Origin: the human T2T-CHM13v2.0 reference genome, Homo sapiens
Length of the DNA: 64,000 nt
Reading direction: 5' to 3'
Assembly (NCBI GenBank): GCA_009914755.4
Contig: CP086569.2
Location: 24,896,001 to 24,960,000 of the forward strand
The translations under genes and the position numbers were made by a program. Numbering within the stretch: position 1 is the first letter of the stretch; the number at the start of each line of letters is the position of its first letter. The notes under the pieces are model-generated. The model did not search any database. It was not told the origin of the DNA and saw only the letters and a program-made list of their open reading frames with translations. This document shows positions 58,900-64,000 of the stretch, piece after piece.

Positions 58900-60017
58900 A
58901 TGTGGCAATAAGAGTAGATGACCAAAAGGGTGACAGAACACAGGTAAAGTGGCCATACATGACAAAGAATTCAGACTACAAACATAGGTCTGGATGGCTC
59001 CTAAACAAGCAAACAACCCACAAACTAAGCATTTGTGGAGATCAAGGATTTGTTATCTGAATATGCTGAATAATATCCAAAGTGTTCAGTGTTCAACAAT
59101 AAACTGAAAGGCATTCAATGGAAAAAAAAGGTACACCACGAGAAGTCATAACAAACAAACAAACAAAAAAAAACTACTTCCTGAAGCCCAGGCATGGTAC
59201 TAATTAGGGAAATATTTCAATTCACTAAATTTTAATGTTCTCAAAGACCTAAAGGAACCCAGAAGAATAGCGATTCAAAATTGAAAATACCAATAAAGAC
59301 AGACAAATTATTTTAAAAAATGAAATCAATAATCTGTAACTAGAAGGACTGAGTAGCCTGGGTGAGCATGCAGAACACAGAATGAGGCAACTTGAAGATG
59401 GATTGTTTGATATTATTCAGTGTAAGGAACAAGAAGAGAAACAACAATAATGAAAAAAACTAAGGTTTTCATGGGACACCATCAAGAATATCAACATAGT
59501 GATAATGGGAGTCCCACTGGAAAAGGAGAGATGGGGGAAAAAAGGAATATTTGAAGAAACAGTGGATGTAACTTGCCAAATGTGTTGGTAGATATAAATC
59601 TACTGATCCAAGTATCTACAAAGAAAAAGGCACTCCAGAAAGAATAAATTCAAAGATACCCACAGTGAAACACATGCACTGAATTTGATAGAAGACAAAT
59701 AAATAGAGAACTTTAAAAGAAGCAAGGCAGAAGTAACTGACCATATGCAAGTTACCCTCCATGATATTAACAGCCAATATCTCATTAAAAATTATGAGGA
59801 AAGAAGTCACTGTGATGAGATCTTTAAAGTGCTGAAATAAAAAATGAAGTTGATCATAAATTCAATATCTGGCCAAACCAAAATTCAAATTTATGAGCAA
59901 ATAAGTCATTTCCAAGCAAACAGAATAGATCAGCTTTATAAAACATGATAAAAACAAGTAAGGAATGAAAGAAAAATAGTAACTCATTGTGCAAATAAAG
60001 AAATAAAGAATATCAAT
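58900..60017 (+). mobile_element. Older L1 (L1PB/L1MA-like) ORF1-region fragment, plus strand. It is the target of the younger L1 insertion and continues after 63988
   Basis: The conceptual translation resembles the ORF1p C-terminal half of older L1 families (...gtcccactggaaaaggagagatgggggaaaaaaggaatatttgaagaaa...). The sequence 5' and 3' of the young L1 joins seamlessly once the TSD is removed. Confidence 0.65.
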
Positions 60018-60032
60018 AAAGTAATTACACCA
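60018..60032. repeat. Target-site duplication (AAGTAATTACACCAG), left copy, of the L1 at 60038-63972. It is followed by ~6 extra nt (ATTATA) before the L1 5' end
   Basis: Identical 15-mer at 63973-63987. Confidence 0.85.
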
Positions 60033-60037
60033 GATTA

Positions 60038-63000
60038 TAGGGGGTGGACCCAAGATGGCCAAATAGGAACAGCTCCAGTCTCCAGCTCCCAGCATGAGTG
60101 AAGCAGAATATGGGAAATTTCTGTATTTCCAATGGAGGTACAGGGTTCATCTCACTGGGGAGTGCCAGACAGTGGGTGCAGGACAGTGGGTGCAGGGCAC
60201 CGTATGTAAGCTGAAGCAGGGCAAGGCATTGCCTCACCCAGGAAGCACAAGGGGTCAGGGAATTCCCTTTCCTAGTCAAAGAAAGGGGTGACAGAGGGCA
60301 CCTGGAAAATCGGGTCACTCCCACCGTAATACTGCACTTTTCCAATGGGCTTAACAAATGGCACACCTGGAGATTTTATCCCACACCTGGCTCAAAGGGA
60401 CCTACACCCATGGAGCCTTGCTCATTGCTAGAACAGCAGTCTGAGATCAAACTGCAAGGTGGCAGCGAGGCTGGGGGAGGGGAGCCCGCCATTGCTTAGG
60501 CTTGAGTAGGTAAACAAAGCCGCAAGGAAGTTCGAACTAGGTGGAGCCCACCATAGCTCAAGGAGGCCTGCCTGCCTCTGTAGGCTCCATCTCTTGGTGC
60601 AGGGCACAGACAAACAAAAGACAGCAATAACCTCTGCAGACTTAAATGTCCCTGTCTGACAGCTTTGAAGAGAGTAGTGATTCTCCCAGCATGCAGATGG
60701 ATATCTGAGAACAGGCAGACTGCCTCCTCAAGTCGGTCCCTGACCCCTGACCCTGAGCAGCCTAACTGGGAGGCACCCATCAGTAGGGGCAGACTGACAC
60801 CTCACACAGCCAGGTACTCCTCTGAGAAAAACTTGCAGAGGAACGATCAGGCAGCAGCATTTGCGGTTCACCAATATCCGCTGTTCTGCAGTCACCACTT
60901 CTGATACCCAGGCAAAGAGGGTATGGGGTAGACCTCCAGTAAACTCCAACAGACCTGCAGCTGAGGTTCCTGACTGTTAGAAGGAAAACTAACAAACAGA
61001 AAGGACATCCACACCAAAAACCCATCTGTACATCACCATCATCAAAGACCAAAGGTAGATAAAACCACAAAGATGGGGACGAAACAGAGTAGAAAAACGG
61101 AAACTCTAAAAATCAGAGTGCCTCTCCTCCTCCAAAGGAAAACAGCTCCTCACCAGCAATGGAACAAAGCTGGATGGAGAATGACTTTGACGAGTTGAGA
61201 GAGGAAGGCTTCAGAAGATCGAACTACTCTGAGCTAAAGGAGGAAGTTCGAACCAATGGCAAAGAAGTTAAAACTTTGAAAAAAATATTAGATGAATGGA
61301 TAACTAGAATAACCAATGCAGAGAAGTCCTTAAAGGAACTGATGGAGCTGAAAACCACAGCATGAGAACTACCTGATGAATGCACAAGCCTCAGTAACCG
61401 ATGCCATCAACTGGAAGAAAGGGTATCAGCGATGGAAGATGAAATGAAGTGGGAAGAGAAGTTTAGAGAAAAAAGAATAAAAAGAAAAGATCAAAGCCTC
61501 CAAGAAATATGGGACTATGTGAAAAGACCAAATCTATGTCTAATTGGTGTACCTGAAAGTGACGGGGAGAATGGAACTAAGTTGGAAAACATTCTGCAGG
61601 ATATTATCCAGGAGAACTTCCCTGACCTAGCAAGGCAGGCCAACATTCAAATTCAGGAAATACAGAGAATGCCACAAAGATACGCCTCGAGAAGAGCAAC
61701 TCCAAGACACATAATAGTCAGATTTACCAAAGTTGAAATGAAGGAAAAAATGTTAGGGCAGCCAGAGAGAAAGATCAGGTTACCCACAAAGGGAAGCCCA
61801 TCAGACTAATAGCTGATCTCTCAGCAGAAACTCTACAAGCCAGAAGAAAGTGGGGTCCAATATTCAACATTCTTAAAGAAAAGAATTTTCAACCCAGGAT
61901 TTCATATGCTGCCAAACTAAGCTTCATAAGTGAAGGAGTAATAAAATATTTACAGACAAGCAAAGGCTGAGAGATTTTTGTCACCACCAGGCCTGCCCCA
62001 AAAGAGCTCCTGAAGGAAGCACTAAACATGGAAAGGAACAATCAGTACCAGCCACTGCAAAAACATGCCAAATTGTAAAGACCATCAAGGCTAGGAAGAA
62101 ACTGCATCAACTAACAAGCAAAATAACCAGCTAACATCATAATGACAGAATCAAATTCACACATAACAATACAACCTTAAATGTAAATGGGATAAATGCT
62201 CCAATTAAAAGGCACAGACTGGCAAATTGGATAAAGAGTCAAGACCCATCAGTGTGTTATATTCAGGAAACCCATCTGATGTGCAGAGACACACATAGGC
62301 TCAAAATAAAGGGATGGAGGAAGATCTACCAAGCAAATGAAAAACCAAAAAAGGCAGAGGTTGCAATCCTAGTCTCAGATAAAACAGACTTTAAACCAAC
62401 AAAGATCAAAAGAGACAAAGAAGACCATTACATAATGGAAGACTTTAACACCCCACTGTCAACATTAGACAGATCAATGAGACAGAAAGTTAACAAGGAT
62501 ATCCAAGAATTGAACTCAGCTCTGCACTAAGCGAACCTAATAGACATCCACAGAACTCTCCACCCCAAATCAACAGAATACACATTCTTTTCAGCACCAC
62601 ACCACACTTATTCCAAAATTGAAAACATAGTTGGAAGTAAAGCACTCCTTAGTAAATGTAAAATACTGGAAATTTTAACAAACGGTTATAATTTCCCCAT
62701 TTATTAAATGCAAAGATTCCCCATTTAATAAATAGTGTTGGGAAAACTGGCTAGCCATATGTAGAAAGCCGAAACCGGATACATTCTTACATCTTATACA
62801 AAAATTAATTAAAGATTGATTAAAGACTTACATGTTAGGCCTAAAACCATAAAAACCCTAGAAGAAAACCTAGGCAATACCATTCAGGACATAAGCATGT
62901 GCATGTCTAAAACACCAAAAGCAATGGCAACAAAAGCCGAAATTGACAAATAGGATCTAATTAAACTAAAGAGCTTCAGCACAGCTGAAGAAACTTCCAT

Positions 63001-63972
63001 CAGAGTGAACAGGCAACCTACAGAATGGGAGAAAATTTCTGCAACCTACTCAGCTGACAAAGCGCTAATATCAAGAATCTGCAAGGAACTCAAACAAATT
63101 TACAAGAAAAAAACAAACAACTCCATCAAAAAGTGGGTGAAGGATATGAATAGATGCTTCTCAAAAGAAGACTTTTATGCAGCCAAAAGACACATGAAAA
63201 AATGCTCATCATCACTGGCCATCAGAGAAATGCAAATCAAAACCACAATGAGATACCATCTCACACCAGTTAGAATGGCTATCATTAAAAAGTTAGGAAA
63301 CAACAGGTCCTGGAGAGGATGTGGTGAAATAGGAATATTTTACACTGTTGGTGGGACTGTAAGCTGGTTCAACCATTGTGGAAGTCAGTGGGTTGATTCC
63401 TCAAGGATCTAGAATTAGAAATACCATTTGATCCAACCATCCCATTACTGGGTATATACCCAAAGGATTATGAATCATGCTGCTATAAGGACACATGTAC
63501 GTGTATGTTTATTGTGGCACTATTCACAATAGGAAAGACTGGGAACCAACCCAAATGTCCAACAATGATAGTCTGGATTAAGAAAATGTGGCACATATAC
63601 ACCATGGAGTACTATGCAGCCATAAAAAATGATGAGTTCATGTCCTTTGTAGGCACATGGATGAAGCTGGAAACCATCATTCTCAGCAAACTATTTCAAG
63701 GACAAAAATACAAACACCGCATGTTCTCACTCATAGGTGGGAATTGAACAGTGAGAACACATGGACAGAGGAAGGGGAACATCAAACCCCAGGGACTGTT
63801 GTTCGGTGGGGGATGGGGGAGGGATAGCATTAGGAGATATGCCTAATGTCAAATGATGAGTTAATGGGTGCAGCACACCAACATGGCACATGTATACCTA
63901 TATAACAAACCTGCACGTTGTGCACATGTACCCTAAAACTTAAAAGTATAACAATAATAATAAGAAGAAGAA
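60038..63972 (+). mobile_element. L1PA-type LINE-1 with a complete 5' end but internal deletions (3.9 kb instead of ~6.1 kb). The 5'UTR is at 60038-61071. The ORF1 remnant at 61072-62087 carries a 1-bp deletion at about codon 9, a CGA-to-TGA nonsense, a 9-bp deletion and a further stop. The ORF2 remnant at 62142-63750 has a 135-bp in-frame deletion near 62448, a ~2.0-kb deletion near 62690 (about ORF2 residues 330-1010) and a ~14-bp deletion near 62895. The 3'UTR and a degenerate A-rich tail run to 63972
   Basis: The 5' end gggggtggacccaagatggccaaataggaacagctccagtctccagctcccagcatgagtgaagcag is collinear with the L1 5'UTR consensus, with nearly all CpGs decayed. ORF1 fragments are ORFs 61159..61365 and 61432..61809. 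ORF2 pieces are ORFs 62252..62530, 63005..63412 and 63505..63747. The canonical 3' end is at 63880-63945. Confidence 0.93.
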
Positions 63973-63987
63973 AAGTAATTACACCAG
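63973..63987. repeat. Target-site duplication, right copy, of the L1 at 60038-63972
   Basis: Identical to 60018-60032. Confidence 0.85.
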
Positions 63988-64000
63988 GAAATAGAAAAGC

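Noticed and set aside
60428-60780. Minus-strand ORFs inside the L1 5'UTR (60428..60613, 60496..60780, 60025..60366) as the primate-specific antisense ORF0
   Set aside because: They lie roughly where ORF0 has been described, but I cannot reproduce the published ORF0 sequence from memory. The 5'UTR here has lost nearly all CpGs, and the ORF at 60025..60366 runs out of the element into flanking DNA. Any correspondence is unverifiable without alignment, so I mention it only as context in the L1 finding.

Overview
This window is human (catarrhine primate) nuclear DNA. It is not a prokaryotic locus: there are no operons, CRISPR arrays, tRNA/rRNA genes or defence-type systems. The sequence is AT-rich (roughly 36-38% GC by eye) and looks like an L1-rich intergenic or deep-intronic desert. 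At least half of it is interspersed repeats. I found seven L1 blocks. Three of them are young, TSD-bounded L1PA insertions. One of the three is a 3.9-kb element with an intact-looking 5'UTR but a disrupted ORF1 and an internally deleted ORF2. One further block is a textbook twin-priming (5'-inversion) insertion. Another is an antisense 5'UTR+ORF1 fragment that runs straight into an A33 tract. There are also several old L1M blocks. I count about 24 Alu elements, including an essentially consensus AluYa5 with a perfect 17-bp TSD. There is a 5'-truncated LTR12 (HERV9-family) solo LTR, and long (GA)n and (TTTC)n polypurine microsatellites. Two ~3.9-kb direct paralogous segments lie 16.8 kb apart; this is an intrachromosomal segmental duplication that carries a shared, internally deleted Alu. 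I could not recognise any host protein-coding gene. Nearly every ORF in the six-frame track is explained as an L1 ORF1/ORF2 remnant, the A-poor antisense strand of L1 ORF2, a translated microsatellite or Alu, or chance. The items worth a second look are the segmental duplication and a ~240-bp island of higher identity inside it that includes a GT-donor-like motif. Two CpG-retaining patches with splice-like candidate exons (12.56-12.75 kb and 19.78-20.64 kb) also deserve checking. So does a 130-aa four-helix hydrophobic ORF at 48.86-49.25 kb. The remaining items are the LTR12 fragment, the likely polymorphic AluYa5, and the structurally unusual L1 insertions. All coordinates are approximate to within a few bases. 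Subfamily calls are from memory of consensus sequences and need RepeatMasker/Dfam confirmation.
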